This document shows, piece after piece, positions 36,720 to 50,819 of a DNA stretch of 64,000 bases. Every line of letters begins with the position of its first letter. Positions within the stretch are counted from its first letter, which is position 1. The notes below the pieces were generated by a model that saw nothing but the letters and a program-made list of their open reading frames with translations, did no database searches and was not told the DNA's origin. Location: positions 115,692,001 through 115,756,000 of the forward strand of contig OX597821.1 in assembly GCA_951406725.2 (NCBI GenBank). Direction: 5' to 3'. This stretch comes from Octopus vulgaris. Taxonomy: Eukaryota. A program made the position numbers and the translations under genes.

Positions 36720-37380
36720 CACCAAGAGGAAAAACAAAAGCCTCTCGAGAATGTCGTCGCTTTTACCCGCCATTAAACCTCTGTAGAACGCCTAAATGGA
36801 ACTTGCATCGGCTCCATTACCCGACTGACTGACAGCTGTGAACACTTGATACGCTCTAAGTGCCAGCCACCCTACCTCAGTCTTCGCTTTATCCATTTCT
36901 GGGTGAGATTGACTACCTTGCTCGTCACTACGTCTCAATTTTTCTTCACATGAAGACCTGGACCAAACCAGATCCCAAGTAATTTAGTCGGTCTGTCCTG
37001 CGCCCCATAACACTGTTGGATGGCACGCATCTACCTCTCCAGGTACTGAGTTGCAGGTCCACTGACCCTTTTTGGTTGATTTTTGTTCCTGTCATCGCCT
37101 CGTGTTCCCTTAGAGCAGTGCCGATCCAGTCTATGTACTGGGTGTCCGACACTATGACGGTGACGTCGTCCGCAAACCCCGACGTCCTATTTCGCGCAGA
37201 ACGACCCTCAACGTCTCAAGTTTGCGCAGTAATGGCTCTTGAGTCGGCAATACAGAAGTGACGAGAAGGATAACCTTGACGAACCGAACGCATGACACTG
37301 ATTGGTTCCGGTAGGTGACCATTCACTCGAACAACTGTACACTGCAGCGATCCAACTACGGAAGATGGCTCAAAGCGGGA
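36720..37380 (-). pseudogene. Tx1/L1-like reverse transcriptase fragment
   Basis: RSVRQGYP, EPLLRKL, FADDVTVIVSD...TGTKINQK; frameshifted. Confidence 0.85.
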
Positions 37381-37852
37381 CGCCATGAGTACAATTGTTA
37401 ACTATTGATGGTCGACCCTCGGACATACTGTAGCTGTTGCAGAGAAATTTTACGGCGTAGCTGCGTTTGCAAGGTTGGTTACAGACAGCACTTAATTTTC
37501 CACTATGTAGAAAAACTAAGTTTTTTTTAAAGATTTGATGAATGGAGAACCGGTAAAATACTAGTGTTAAATATACAGATAATATCACTATTTTAAACAG
37601 AATTGGTCTAGTATTTGGTTAGAATAACCATTATTATGGCATTAGAGCTGCATATATATTTGAATAGTCGACTTGAATCGAATCGATTCATTATTTATTA
37701 TGTTATCACTCACGAAAAGTTGAAATACAAAGTGGTTTTTAGAGACATCTGTACTTTCAACGTAAAGCACGTAAAGGCAACAAATAATTTAGTCCGACTC
37801 GTGATTATTTTAACCAGTTCATTTACTGTGTTACTGTAAAAATACTGCGATG

Positions 37853-38276
37853 GGATCTTTTCGGTTTGAACGGCAGTTTTTTCTAGTGGTGTCAAATGAA
37901 ATTGTCATCCATAATTATGACCCTAGTATCGATCTATTGCATTTCTAGCTGTTTTAGGGTTAGGGTTGGGGGTGGGGGGAAGGGTATCTTTTTTTGTTCA
38001 GAAATGTAAATAAACCCAATCTGTTTCTTAAACGAGGGACATATTCATACGGCACAGAATGCTTTTTACCTCAATAGACGTAATTGATTGGTTGAAACTG
38101 CAGAAATTGAAAAAAAAAAACAAAAACAACAAATATCTTACAAACTATAGAATTTTTTCAATAAAGCCAAGAGAAAAAAGATGTTTTATAAACATATTCT
38201 ACCAGTATACAAAGTTTAAAATTTTATAGTTACCTAGAAATTAAGTTAAAAACTGCCGTTCAAACCGAAAAGATCC
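37853..38276 (-). mobile_element. Merlin-like MITE copy 3
   Basis: Both TIRs present; perfect TSD ctgcgatg; orientation opposite to copies 1-2. Confidence 0.92.
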
Positions 38277-38429
38277 CTGCGATGTAATATGGAGTTTAGG
38301 ATAGCTCAATCAGAAGAAAGCTGCCGTGATAAGTTACATTATGCTATACAAGCTCTTCAGAGTTTCAATACGTGTGAATCAAATGATGACGTATTTGTGT
38401 TTCATTTCACTCTTAGTCGATAATATTAT

Positions 38430-38846
38430 GCTTTCTGCCATAGGAATAAGGTCTGAAACTTTTGGAGAAGGGGCTAGTCGATTACATCAACCTCATGCCC
38501 CGAAAAAATGAAAGGCAAGGTCAATAACTGCGGGATTTGAACTCAGAACGTAAAGACGGACGACATGCCACGAAGGATTTTTCTCCGGCGTGCTAACGAT
38601 TCTGCCGGTTTGCCGCTTTAGTTGATAACATAACTGGTTTCAAGTTTGGGCATAAGGCCAGTAACTTCGGGGGAGTGGGTAAGTCAATTACAGCGACCTC
38701 ATGCGCAAATGGTTCTTACTTTATCGACCCCGAAAGGATAGAAGGAAACGTCGACTTCGGTCGAATTTGAACTCAGAACGTAAAAACGGACGAAATGCGG
38801 CTAAGCATTTTGCCCGGCGTGCTAACGATTCTGCCAGTTCACTGCT
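38430..38846 (-). mobile_element. Two tandem SINE family B copies
   Basis: Two reverse-complement copies separated and flanked by ttagt(c/t)gataa(c/t)at at 38413, 38618 and 38847. Confidence 0.8.
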
Positions 38847-40049
38847 TTAGTCGATAACATAATTATCGATCAAAAAGTATTGGAATTGCAGAAATTGAAG
38901 ATAATTAATTTTGTACTCCTACATCTTGAGTTCAAATCTGGTCGGGATTGACTTTGCCTTCATCTCTTTGTGGTCACTAAGAATCAGAGAAGTTTTGGGA
39001 TTCACTCAATGAACTACATTTCGGCTCCACAAATTCCCGTTATGCACCAAAGTGGACAAGTATAATACCAGTAATTATCCTGGTGTCGTTGATTCAATCG
39101 ACCAGCGGCTCTGTTTCATGTAACTGGAATTAAAGCTAAGAAACGTTTCATTATAAAAGGATGCAATGGTCGGATGAAGCTCAAATCTCTTGATTTATGT
39201 GGTACAGTTGTTGTTATATATATACAGTTGTTGTTATATCTTAACTAAGAAATAGCCCCAGTTCAACTTCATAACAGTTGATTACCAAAGGGGGTTATCG
39301 TTTATTCATAGAATCTAAAGTTTCTATCTTCAAATTTCATTATTTCATTTATGACACAAGATTTTTTTTTTCTAAATTCCTTTTCATGCTTATTTTAAAC
39401 AGTGAAATCTTAAGATGAAATTTTTCTGATGAATTTACATACGTTACAATGTAGGAAAGAGAAAGTGAAAGTACGATGCTCACAAATGCATTAGTGTATG
39501 TAAGGAAAGTGAAATGGCTTCTAGCAAGTGTTGAAATATAACATGGCTTTCCTTTACGGCGCTAGTCACAAATTCTAGATTGATCATAGAAAATTATTCA
39601 TAGAAGGAATTTTATTAATGGCTAGGATCTTCAACCACTATAATATCCACCACCACCATCAGCTACTTCCTCATTACTACTATCATCACTGGCACCACCA
39701 CCACTACCACTTGCTCAACCAATAATCCAGAATATCACTATTGTCAGATTGACAACTTTACTTCCACGAGACAACGAAAGAACCTCACGTGGTCACACAA
39801 CCCCAGCGAAATCGCTCCCACAAAAAAGACAGCGCGGTCAGAGCTGGAATGCCTTTGATCATAGGTTTGCTCAATAAAGGTGGATCTGGAGCTAAACGAC
39901 GACAATCTCTACTCTTACCACATTTAATACCTAAAGGTCCCCCCATCGACGCACTGCCCCTTCAAAAACAAAAAAAAAAAACGATGTTGACGATGATGAC
40001 GACGACGATAACCATCACCACCAATGCCATCATCACCACCACCACTACC

Positions 40050-40083
<34 letters not shown>

Positions 40084-41189
40084 TAACTGCCACTAAAAAA
40101 CCACTGTCACTATCTAATTACAAGCTAATTACTCAATGATTTCTTAATTAGACAGACATCCCATGTTAATCAATACTACCGTAGAAACCAAAAAAAATAA
40201 GCATCTATAAAAAATCGCATAGCAAATCAATATCGCTTCCTGGGTAGAACTGATTGCTTCGGACTTCATTTTGTCGACAACAGAGAAGGGGAAAATAAAA
40301 TTGACTTCAGCAGAATTTGAACTCAGAACGTAAAGGATCGCAACTATATACTGAAAAACATTTAGATCTGCATTCTGTTGTTCTTTTGGTGACAAATCAA
40401 TACAGTCGAAGTTATTTAATGATATTCATTAGTCAGTGGGTCCAAGTCTCGTGTTTTGCCACCAGCTGTCTATGAGTTTCTACAACTATTCATGGGAAGT
40501 CCTTTAACCTATCGTCTTAATAAAATGTTCCCAAGGCAAATAGTTATCAAGGTACAGCCCAAGAAGATTTGAACCTTACAAACCGTTCGTCAAATACTTC
40601 CATAGCTAGCAAAATTTGTAGAAAACGAAACAACTAGTCGGAGGCTCGTATCATGTCAGTAACTTTTTCTCGATCAAATCGTCAAGTCACATCTTTTAAC
40701 AACCCAGTCCAGCAAACTGTAAGTAGGGTCCACAGGGCTGTGTAATTCACTGATGTCAGCTGAATGTACAGAGTATTATTAATGAAATTGCTATCAACAA
40801 TGAGTGAGCACGGCGCAGTAGAGCTAGGCTCTGTTCGATGCCACGAACCAATTTTCACTTATTTTACCTATACTATCGTGAAAACACAAACCTCATGCAA
40901 TGTAATTTCTCTTTCCTATGCATGTACTTATGTAGCAAATTAATAGTTAAATACTATAGAGTGGCGGAGGTGATCGAGAAAGTGAAACACGGAATTGAAT
41001 GCTTTTCTACTTGTTCGAATTGTTAAATAACTTCACTTAGCCGCCACTCATGTATCTGGGATCAATAAAGTTTAAGATACTGTTTCCAAAAAACATCATC
41101 TGTAAATATTTCTTACAAGACTTTTTTATGTTTAAATGTTTCCAGGAAAACTGTTTCAGTTCATAGCACTTTCACCTTCAAAATACATT

Positions 41190-41600
41190 GGATCTTTTCG
41201 GTTTGAACGGCAGTTTTTTCTAGCGGTGTCATATGAAATTGTCACCCATAATTATGACCCTAGTATCGATCTATTGCATTTCAATCTGTTTTAGGGTTAG
41301 GGGTGGGGGGAAGGGTATCTTTTTTCTTCACAAATGTAAATAAACCCAATCTGTTTCGTAAACGAGGGACATATTCATACGGCACAGAATGTTTTTTTAC
41401 CTCAATAGACGTCAGTGATTGGTTGAAATTGCAGAAATTGAAGAAGAAAACAACAAATATCTTACAAACTATAGAATTTTCTCAATAAAGCCAAGAGAAA
41501 AAGATGTTTTATAAACGACATTCTACCAGTATACGAAGTTTAAAATTTTTTAGTTACCTAGAAATTAAGTTAAAAACTGCCGTTCAAACCGAAAAGATCC
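41190..41600 (-). mobile_element. Merlin-like MITE copy 4
   Basis: Both TIRs present; TSD aatacatt/aatatatt (7 of 8). Confidence 0.92.
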
Positions 41601-42248
41601 AATATATTTGATGCGAGTCGTTGTACAAGTGACTTTTTAAGGAAGACATCACTTAGCAGTCGGATAACTGATAAGTAATTTGCTGGTTATACGATCCCTT
41701 TTATCACATTTGTGAAACTGTTTTACTAGTCGTTAATTCTATTGAAATATTATCAATATTTAAGGAAAATGCATTCAGATTTATGACTTAAGAACATATC
41801 AACTGAAGGGCCGGCTGCCTGCTTAAATATAAACGACTTTCTCCCTATTACTCCGCAGAAGTTAACTTTTTCGCTTTGACATTTACTGAGGGAATGTGTG
41901 TTGTTACGGGTTGTTTAATAGAAGTTCTATGTTGCAATTTTATTTGAAGTGGAAAACTGGTTTTAATTCGAATTAACTTGAAACCTCCGAGGTGAACTTG
42001 TCCATGAAGACCATGTCTTGGACAAGCTTCTTAAAGAAATTTGCGTTCCATTCGAAATATGGTTCTACACCGAAAACGCTGCTTTATTGCAACCTGGGAG
42101 CGCGTGTTATTCTATTTACCGTCAATTTGACTTTTATCGCCATTAGATTACGTGTACATAATTTATTTACTCTGAGTAGTTACGCCGAGGGTTTTAATTC
42201 GGTATCGGTTTAACTTATTCATCTATTTATTTTTTAATTTTGTGCTAG

Positions 42249-42658
42249 GGATCTTTTCGGTTTGAACGGCAGTTTTTTCTAGCGGTGTCATATGAAATTG
42301 TTACCCATAATTATGACCCTAGTATCGATCTATTGCATTTCAATCTGTTTTAGGGTTAGGGGCGGGGGAAATGGTATCTTTTTACTTCACAAATGTAAAT
42401 AAACCCAATCTGTTTCTTAAACGAGGGAATATTCATACGGCACAGAATGTTTTCACCTCAATAGACATCATTGATTGGTTGAAATTGCAGAAATTGAAGA
42501 AAAAACAACAACAAATATCTTACAAACCATAGAATTTTCTCAAGAAAGCCAAGAGAAAAAGATGTTTTATAAACACATTCTACCAGTATACGAAGTTTAA
42601 AAGTGTTTAGTTACAAAGAAATTATTTTAAAAAACTGCCGGTCAAACAGAAAAGATCC
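42249..42658 (-). mobile_element. Merlin-like MITE copy 5
   Basis: Both TIRs present (right one with two mismatches); no TSD match. Confidence 0.9.
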
Positions 42659-44689
42659 GTTTATTTTTGTTATGTAACAATTTATGTAGAGATTTCAACT
42701 TTAAAGGAAAAATTCATTTTGTTCGGTAGCAGTTGAGTATTTATAGTAAAAAAAAAAGTAATAAAACACATAACATACTAAACTATTAGTATAATGATAA
42801 ACATCTACCTATATAAGGTGATGATATAATCAGACTGGAAATATTCATGGTGCATTAAAAATTATTTTAAAATAATGAAAGCAAACAAACAAAATGTGAC
42901 TATATTTTAACATATCATTCACAATGTGTGTCTGCTTGAGTATATGCATGCGCAGAACCGTTTTGTTATATGTTTGTCCACATGCTCTTCCTATATTTCA
43001 TACTGCTATCCACGTGTGTCAGTTCATGTTTTCGCAACAACCCTGCCCTCGCGTTTCACACCCGTTCGTCAAACGTCTGTTATAGGCGTCGGACAAGTAT
43101 TCATTAAAGCGCACGCAAGCTCAGCTTTTTAATCGACCGATTCGCTTCGACTGCTCCTTCCCTTTAATTACGTGAGCGCCTAACGTCAAAGCATCACTGG
43201 TTACATCCTACACTGAAAGAGGCACTATGCACAAGGTTCGGCCCATCGCTTTACCGTCATACTTTCCTTTTCACTTCATTATAGTAATTATCATTTATTC
43301 TCAAGGCAGAAAAAATTTGTCTTTACATTTAGCCATAAGCTAAAAAATAAAATAAACAAAACAAACCCCAAACAAACCATTTAACTCCCGGTTTTCTAAT
43401 CTCTTCCCAATTTCTCCGTTCGCCGCATTCACTTCTTTCAATATATTCCTGTCACTCTGTCACTTTTTTTGTAATTCAAGCAGCTTAACTAAAATATATT
43501 TAGATAAATAGCAGATAAACTACAGATTAAGCAACATAAGACAAAAAATTCAGATAGAACAAAAAAAGAAAAAAAAAGTATTTTTGAGAATAGAGTAAAA
43601 GTAAACAAAATAAATGATAAAAGAATATGAAAACACTCCAGGGTATCTCTAGAAAAGAGAAATGTGCACTATACAGTTTGGTAGCTTTTTTATTACTTTT
43701 TTCCATTTTATGATATATGTAAGGTAAGAAAGCTGTCGTTATGTTGTGTAAACTCCATATTTCAGTTGCGGGGGAAAATGATACAAGTTGGTGTTATATT
43801 ATATATTGATGTGCCATGGAGAATTGCACTCTTCTTATCAACAGTATCTAGGTTTTTGTGGAATAGGACTTATTCATCGCATACATGTGCAATAAATCGA
43901 ATCAGATATCTATTAACTTTTTGACTTTTCTTAATCAGAGGAGTTAAAAGATCTATTTAGTATTCGCATATCTCTATCTTCATCAACAAATATCGTACAG
44001 AATAACAATTCTGTTCTGTTACTGAATATTCCTCTAGTCATCTGTTTGCGTCTAATTACATGACTAGGTAGGCCAAATTCTTAACCACTCTGAAAAAGTT
44101 TCTTGAAGTCCGTTGGTAGCATTACGTTATGTTTTTGGATAGGAAAACATACATTTACTTCAGTTCACGTCGCTGTTTGGAATAAATTGCCTATCTAGGA
44201 ACTTTCTTTAAACTTCATACCCCTCTGGAATAGATTATGGGAAGCAGCTCTCAAATATCCATCCCTAGAAACGTCAGTGATAACCAAGAATTGTCTTCAT
44301 GTCTGTGAAATATTTGTTAGTCTTGAGTTGCAGAGAACATACAGCTGCTGTACGATGCTTCATATAACACTATATTATTATTTATATATTCTATAGACCC
44401 CAGATAAGGGGGAAATACAAAGTCGAATCTGGCTGTAATTGAACTTTGAAATGTGAAGTACCAAAAGAGTTCATCTGAATCATTTGACACAATTTGGGGA
44501 TGAGATTCCTTACAATAACAGGCTGCTAAACAATTATTATATTGGTATATATCATTGGTACTTAGTTTATCAACACCGAGGGGGATGGAAAGCAAAGCTG
44601 AACTCGGTAAGATTTGTGTTGTGAAAGGAGCAGAACAAAATAACTATATTAATAGATTTAGTCCAACACTAAATTACCAGAGCACAGGC

Positions 44690-45110
44690 TGCAGTGAACA
44701 AAAGGGAAACGATACGGAAGCCAGATCTACTCAGAAAAATCAAAACATCCTTCTTCAGAACACCTGCTGAGTCAGTGTTGCTGTATGGATCAAGTACATG
44801 GATCTTGACACAAGCACCCGAGAAAAAAGTAGATGAGGCATAAGCTAAAATGCTGGCGCTGACGTATTACAAATAAAGGTTTATACGGAAACTTTCCCAA
44901 GATAACAACTACGATTGATAAAAAAACGGTTATGATTTTCAGGAAGTAAGCAGGAAGTTATACACAAGCCACTGTTGTGGGAACCAACTCATGGGAGACG
45001 CAGCAGAAGAAGACCGACTCAAACATTCATTGATCCACTCACGGATGAAACTCGGAGCAGTTGTAAGGAATGTTGGACTGTGATCGCGATGGAGATTCAG
45101 TTATATCAGC
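44690..45110 (+). mobile_element. Degenerate LINE RT C-terminal fragment
   Basis: FFRTPAESVLLYGSSTWILT resembles the ESxLLYGxETW motif. Confidence 0.55.
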
Positions 45111-45520
45111 CTTACTCAACCCTTCGATATTAATATTTCTCTATTATGCCAAATAAACGCCCAGCATTGTATTAACCCTGGTGGTGGTGGATGTAGGGTA
45201 AAATAAGCACAGGTGAGATTTGAATTCAGAACGGGGTGGGCGACACTCACCTCAGTCTGCGAAATCATTAAGAGCTCTAAGGATTATACGTTGAATTAAT
45301 ACCTATAAACACGAGCCAATAAATCAATTTTCATGAAGTCACTTGATCTGCTAGAAATAGCAGACAACTTTTCTTAAAGCTTATCCTACCTTCTGGACAA
45401 TGTAGTCCTAGATATATCAAGAGGACAGAATAAGTTAAGTTGGAATATTTTTGATCATAAGCTTGCTTAATCATTACTGACCTAGTGCTGAAACAACAAC
45501 AACACAGCATAGAAACATTA

Positions 45521-47685
45521 CACAATGTAACACATGTTTTGGTTTATTTGTATTTTTTAATGTTCATATAAGCATTTTTTGCCACTAAATTCAAAAATCA
45601 CATTCATTTTGACGTAACATCGATAATTATTTATTTATTCCTAATTTCATATTTGCTCGTTATATTTGTAACTTTTCTCTACAGCACTTTATTGGTTAAA
45701 TCTATTCTAGTATTGTAAGGATAATTACACAACATTTAGTACTTTTTCATATATTGAAAGGTATTTAGGTAGTATAATATTAGAACAAAAAGAAACAATA
45801 AAACTCTGCACTGTAAATGCCTTGATAACTCTTTTCTTAAGACGAGAAGTGCTTTGACGATTGAGATTTTCTGGAGTGTACACCTTCATCTCTTCTGACT
45901 AGAGACCATATATAATCTCCCATCATAGCAGTATCCCATCGTCATTGGTATCTTCTTTCCATAGCTTGCGATGTCCTGATGAAATCTTTCACCATGCTCC
46001 TCACTGACATCACCCAAGTTTTCGGGGAAAAATCTAGGTGAGAGTGCAAAAATGAACCTTTAAGGACATACGACAACCCATTTTCTTGAAGTTTTTAATA
46101 AGCTTTGCTATCAGCTGTTTGTAATTAGGATCCTTGTGATTTCCTAGAAATCCACGAACTACATCACGAAATACACACCAAGCTTCTTTTCCAACTTTTG
46201 TCATCGCTCTTTCCAGTTTCTTCGACTTTAACAGTGCATTTACTTGGGGCCCAGATAGCTTTGGAAACATAAAACAAATTTCTTGAAAAGCTTATCCTCT
46301 AAAATTTAAGGCCTTCACAAACTGTTTTACTAATTCGAGTTTGATATGAAATGGGGGTAGTAAGATTTTGTTGGAATCTACTAGTGGCTGTTTGAGAACA
46401 TTTAACATTCCTGGCTGCAGTTCCACTCGTGGGGCCAATGTACTCTTTTGTAATGATGATCATCAGCTCTGCTGTCCCATAAGCAAAGGAAACTTGAATA
46501 CTTTGTGTATCCCCCTTGCAAGCCAAGCAAGAAGGCAAGCATCTTGAAATCACCACAAACATCCTACTTGAACTCAGCGTAATTTATTTTGTCGAGAAGT
46601 TCTTTGACATTGGAGTGTGCAAGAGGCAAAGAAGGATATTTATTTCCATTGTGGAGCAACACTGCTTTGAGACTTCGTGTTGAGCTATCTATGAACAGTC
46701 ACCATTCTGCAGAATCATGCTTGAGTCCAATAGCAGTAAATAAACCAATCATATCTTTACAATAACACAGATCATTAATATTTTCATAGGAAATTTCAAA
46801 TTCTTCATGGCGTTTCCAGTACAGAGATGTCTTTCAGTCTTCCCCCAGTAGATTCCATTCCTTCAACCTTGATGAAAGGAGTTCAGCTCCTTAGTAAGAC
46901 CCAAATCCCTGATTAAATCATCTAGCTCACTCTGATTTGGAAAATGAGTCTCCGAAGTCGTTCCTGGTACGAAAGCTTCCTCCATTTCTTGGATGCTGCT
47001 ACTTGTTGACTCTTCAGATGAAATATTTTCTGGTGGTAGTGATACTCATAAACCATCATCATGTGGAACAGGTGCTCTAGATGATGGTATGTCTGGATAC
47101 TGAAGAGCTTGTCTTCCTCTCACTCTTTTGTACTTTGTCACATCGATCATACAAAAGTAACAGTCATCGTGATGGTTCTTTGGCTCTCTCCATACCCTTG
47201 GAATGGCAAAAGGCATTGAGCTTCCTATACCTCTTAACCACCCTTCTAGAGTAGATCGATAGTTTCCGCATATCACATGTGGGGTCCATGGTTGGTCCTA
47301 GTCACCCATGGGCATTCTGAAATAGTCTGAACGCTATCCACAATTTGGCACCTTTCACGATCTTATGTAATACTTGCTTTTTTCCAATATAATAACCACA
47401 CACATAGCAAAATGTATCTGGAGAATTTTTACATACTCTTGTAGCCATCCTGAAAGTAGCAGAACTTAGTAATTGGTCTGAAAGAGAAAATTAGACATAC
47501 ATTTAGTAGCGGAACATTATAACGATACCGAATATATAATAACATTGAAAGTCGACATATTTTCTTAAATGTTGATGAGACACAAAAAAATAATTTCATA
47601 TTTGGAATCAGCAGAAAAAATGGATTGATAAACAATAAAAAAAAATACAATAAACAAATTTTTTTTTGAAAATTGTTACGTTGTG
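45521..47685 (-). mobile_element. Complete Chapaev3-type (CMC superfamily) DNA transposon
   Basis: TTA-CACAATGTAACA...TGTTACGTTGTG-TTA: 12-bp TIR, CAC/GTG termini and 3-bp TTA TSD enclosing a transposase pseudogene. Superfamily name is from recalled family features. Confidence 0.85.
45837..47448 (-). pseudogene. Disrupted Chapaev3-type transposase
   Basis: MATRVCKNSPDTFCYVCG...PWTPHVIC...PRVWREPKNHHDDCYFC...MSLKVHF/HSHLDFFPENLGDVSEEHGERFHQDI...MMGDYIWSL; several frameshifts and stops. Confidence 0.88.
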
Positions 47686-47699
47686 TTATTAGATTATTA

Positions 47700-47915
47700 T
47701 TATTTCTAAGTTTAGCACAAAGCCAGCAATTCTGAGGGAAAAGTAAGTCGATTGCATCAATCCTAGTGCTCCACTGGTGCTTATCTTATCGACCCCGAAA
47801 GGATGAAAGGCAAAGGCGATCTTGTCGGAGTTTGAACTCAGACCATAAAGAACCGAAAGAATTAGCGTTAAGCATTTCGACCAGCGTGACAACGATTCTG
47901 CCAGCTACCCGCTTT
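47700..47915 (-). mobile_element. SINE family B
   Basis: atcgaccccgaaaggatgaaaggcaaa...gaactcag...ctgccagct. Confidence 0.8.
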
Positions 47916-48436
47916 ACACTGCTCTATCATAATAACTGAAGTGTAGAAGAGATATGTGCTTTCATAAAAATAAGTTTTAGATTCAATGGCATTAAGTAGA
48001 AGGAACCTACACCCGTTCTTTTTGCATCAGGCGCCAACGTAACACAGCTTAGCGAACTACAAAGAAATTCTACAAAACCACAAACACTGTGTCGGTTGTC
48101 TAATACCTCAAGTATATATTTGGCTATCTTACCTCTGTAAATTTCATCATATTTGGTTAATTATGTTATTAAATTGAATCATCTGCTAGGTTAAAGATTA
48201 ACTATCGATATCGGGATATCTTCTGTGCTTTTAAGAAACCTGCAAGAAGTAATCTACTTAATAATTGAAAATAAGTTGTCAGATTATGGAACCAAGACTA
48301 ATCTTTGATCATACTGAACATCCAAATATTTTAGTTACTCGAAAATTTTCCACGATAATTTGTGTGTGTGTGTGTGTGTGTGTGTACGTGTGTACGTGCG
48401 TACGCGCGCGAGTGTGTATTCCAATAAATATTATTA

Positions 48437-48540
<104 letters not shown>

Positions 48541-48557
48541 CCTACCTACCTACCTAC

Positions 48558-48623
<66 letters not shown>

Positions 48624-49244
48624 GTCTGTCTGTCAGTCTGTCTGTCTGTCTGACAATAAAATAGCCATCTATTTATCGTACTCCATGTATATTCTGTTGA
48701 TAGGTCAGTCACAGTGGCATTTGTCCTGAGTTAAAATCTCTTATGGACGTATTGTGTTAAAAACGCAATATATATCGGAGGGAGATGAAAATTTGTCTCC
48801 GCAGCAACCAGCAAGAACGCCAGACACATTTCACCCTTCTTGGACCTCTCAATAGCTTGCTTTTGCAGCCAGCCACATTCTCGTCGCGTGCCATACCAGA
48901 TTCCTATTTAGCCGCGCGACTATTTGCAATACACCTATAAATGCTTTCTTCACTGTTTCCTAAATGGAAATTGACAAATTATATAAATAGATGATCAATA
49001 ATTATTATTTATGTTACGTAATCAATACCAGACTATTTGCTTCTGCATTCTTGTGGCGTCGGCTGTTTTATAGAAATGGTAAGTATAAATACAGGCGCAA
49101 GTATGGCTGTGTGGTAAGACGTTTGCGTCTCAACCACAAAGTTCCGGGTTCAGTCTTCTACTATAGCTTCGGGCCGTCGACCAAAGCCATGTATGCAGAT
49201 TTGGTAGACGGAAACTGAATGAAACCCGTTGTATATATATATAT

Positions 49245-49385
49245 ATATTTTTTTTTCTGTCCCTTTCTGTAGAAGAGCGTAGGCTCGAAACGTAAAAGAC
49301 TTTTTCAATTCCTGAGCGTTATACTAATACATCTGTTTGTTTTGTACACCACCTGTCTTCGTCTTTTGTTTTTTTCGTAAACTCT

Positions 49386-49390
<5 letters not shown>
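49245..49390 (+). mobile_element. Penelope terminal-repeat fragment in (TA)n following a SINE A 5' half (49093-49232)
   Basis: Matches the reverse complement of 17900-18020. Confidence 0.8.
49263..49298 (+). ncRNA. Minimal type I hammerhead-ribozyme-like motif (non-canonical core)
   Basis: CUUU-CUGUAGA-A-GAGC(GUAG)GCUC-GAAAC-GUA-AAAG. Confidence 0.5.
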
Positions 49391-49436
<46 letters not shown>

Positions 49437-50013
49437 TTTCGATTTGATACCGGAAGCATTATTATTTAGACTTGGCTGGTCTCATTTAACAGTGTTGAAA
49501 TTGGGACTATATATTTTCGCTAGAGATACCAAGCTTCGCAATTATTTTGATTCTCTGTGAAAAGTGCGGGATGGAAAGAAGGACTTCTGTTTAAATAGCA
49601 TAACCAATAAAACCCATTCATTATTTTGATAGATTCGCGTTTTTTGGAGTTAGCAATTTGAAATCAACTCACCATCAAACCATATCATGAATGTACGAAT
49701 GCAGAATATTCTGTAAAGAGAAAAAAATTCTCCGGTGTCTTCTTGCTTATATTACCCTTTTCAGTTGCTATGCTCTATATATCTGCCCTCTAGATCTCTT
49801 TTTTTTTTTTTGCAGAAACAATGAGTTTGAAGACGGGCGAAAGTGATGCGTTGAAAGCTTAAAAAAAGTAAGGAGAGGAGATTACGAGATGCAGTTAAAG
49901 TTTGACTGAGATGGCGGAGTGGGATAGACAGAAATAGAAGAACGAGGCAATATACCGAAGTGGGAATCAGAAACACGCATATATTAAGACATGTATGTGT
50001 GCGTGTGGAGAGA

Positions 50014-50083
<70 letters not shown>

Positions 50084-50819
50084 AGAAAGAGAGTAGGAAG
50101 TATAATACATGAACCATTATATCTTCCACAATGAAATTTTCCTGCCATCTTTGCTTTTAGCTAAATTAACTCAAATTTAATTAAGCTATCGAGAGAGGCA
50201 TGCATTATCTTGTGCTAATAACGGCAGAAATGTCAGATTTCAGGGATTGGAACTATACTGCCATACTGTCATGGCTGCTTTATAAAAAATACTGTCCACA
50301 GTTCATCACATGACCCACTTAGAAATCATACGAACATTCTTCAGCCAATAAGGCAGAGCCTGCTTTTGTGGATATGTGCGCTTTACTGTGGGTGTGTGCG
50401 CACGCGCATGTTTGTATGTGTTTGTGTGTGAGAGAGTAAACTGACTTGTTTATTCGTCAGGATTTTAATAGCTCTGATAATTAGTTCAGATTCGCTGATT
50501 GCACAGACTCGCAATTTTGCACTGATACATCCTCCGAGTTCTGATTTTAAATCTGTGTGTGTGTGTGTGTGTGTGTTTGTGTGAATGTGCGTGTGTGCAC
50601 CTGAGCGCATTTCAGGTTGTGTGTACGTGTTTGACAGACAAATTTTGCTATCACGGATATAAGTGCGCAAACAAATTCGCATATAAATTCATATGTATGC
50701 ATTTATCTATATATGTATATACATATATACATGTGCATGTATGTATAGGCACATATATACATAAATATGTGTGCATGTATACATTGCTATATGTATATGA
50801 CTATATATATATATATATA

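Noticed and set aside
31343-42666. Inversion between MITE copies 2 and 5 explaining their missing TSDs
   Set aside because: Their flanking 8-mers do not match each other directly or as reverse complements.
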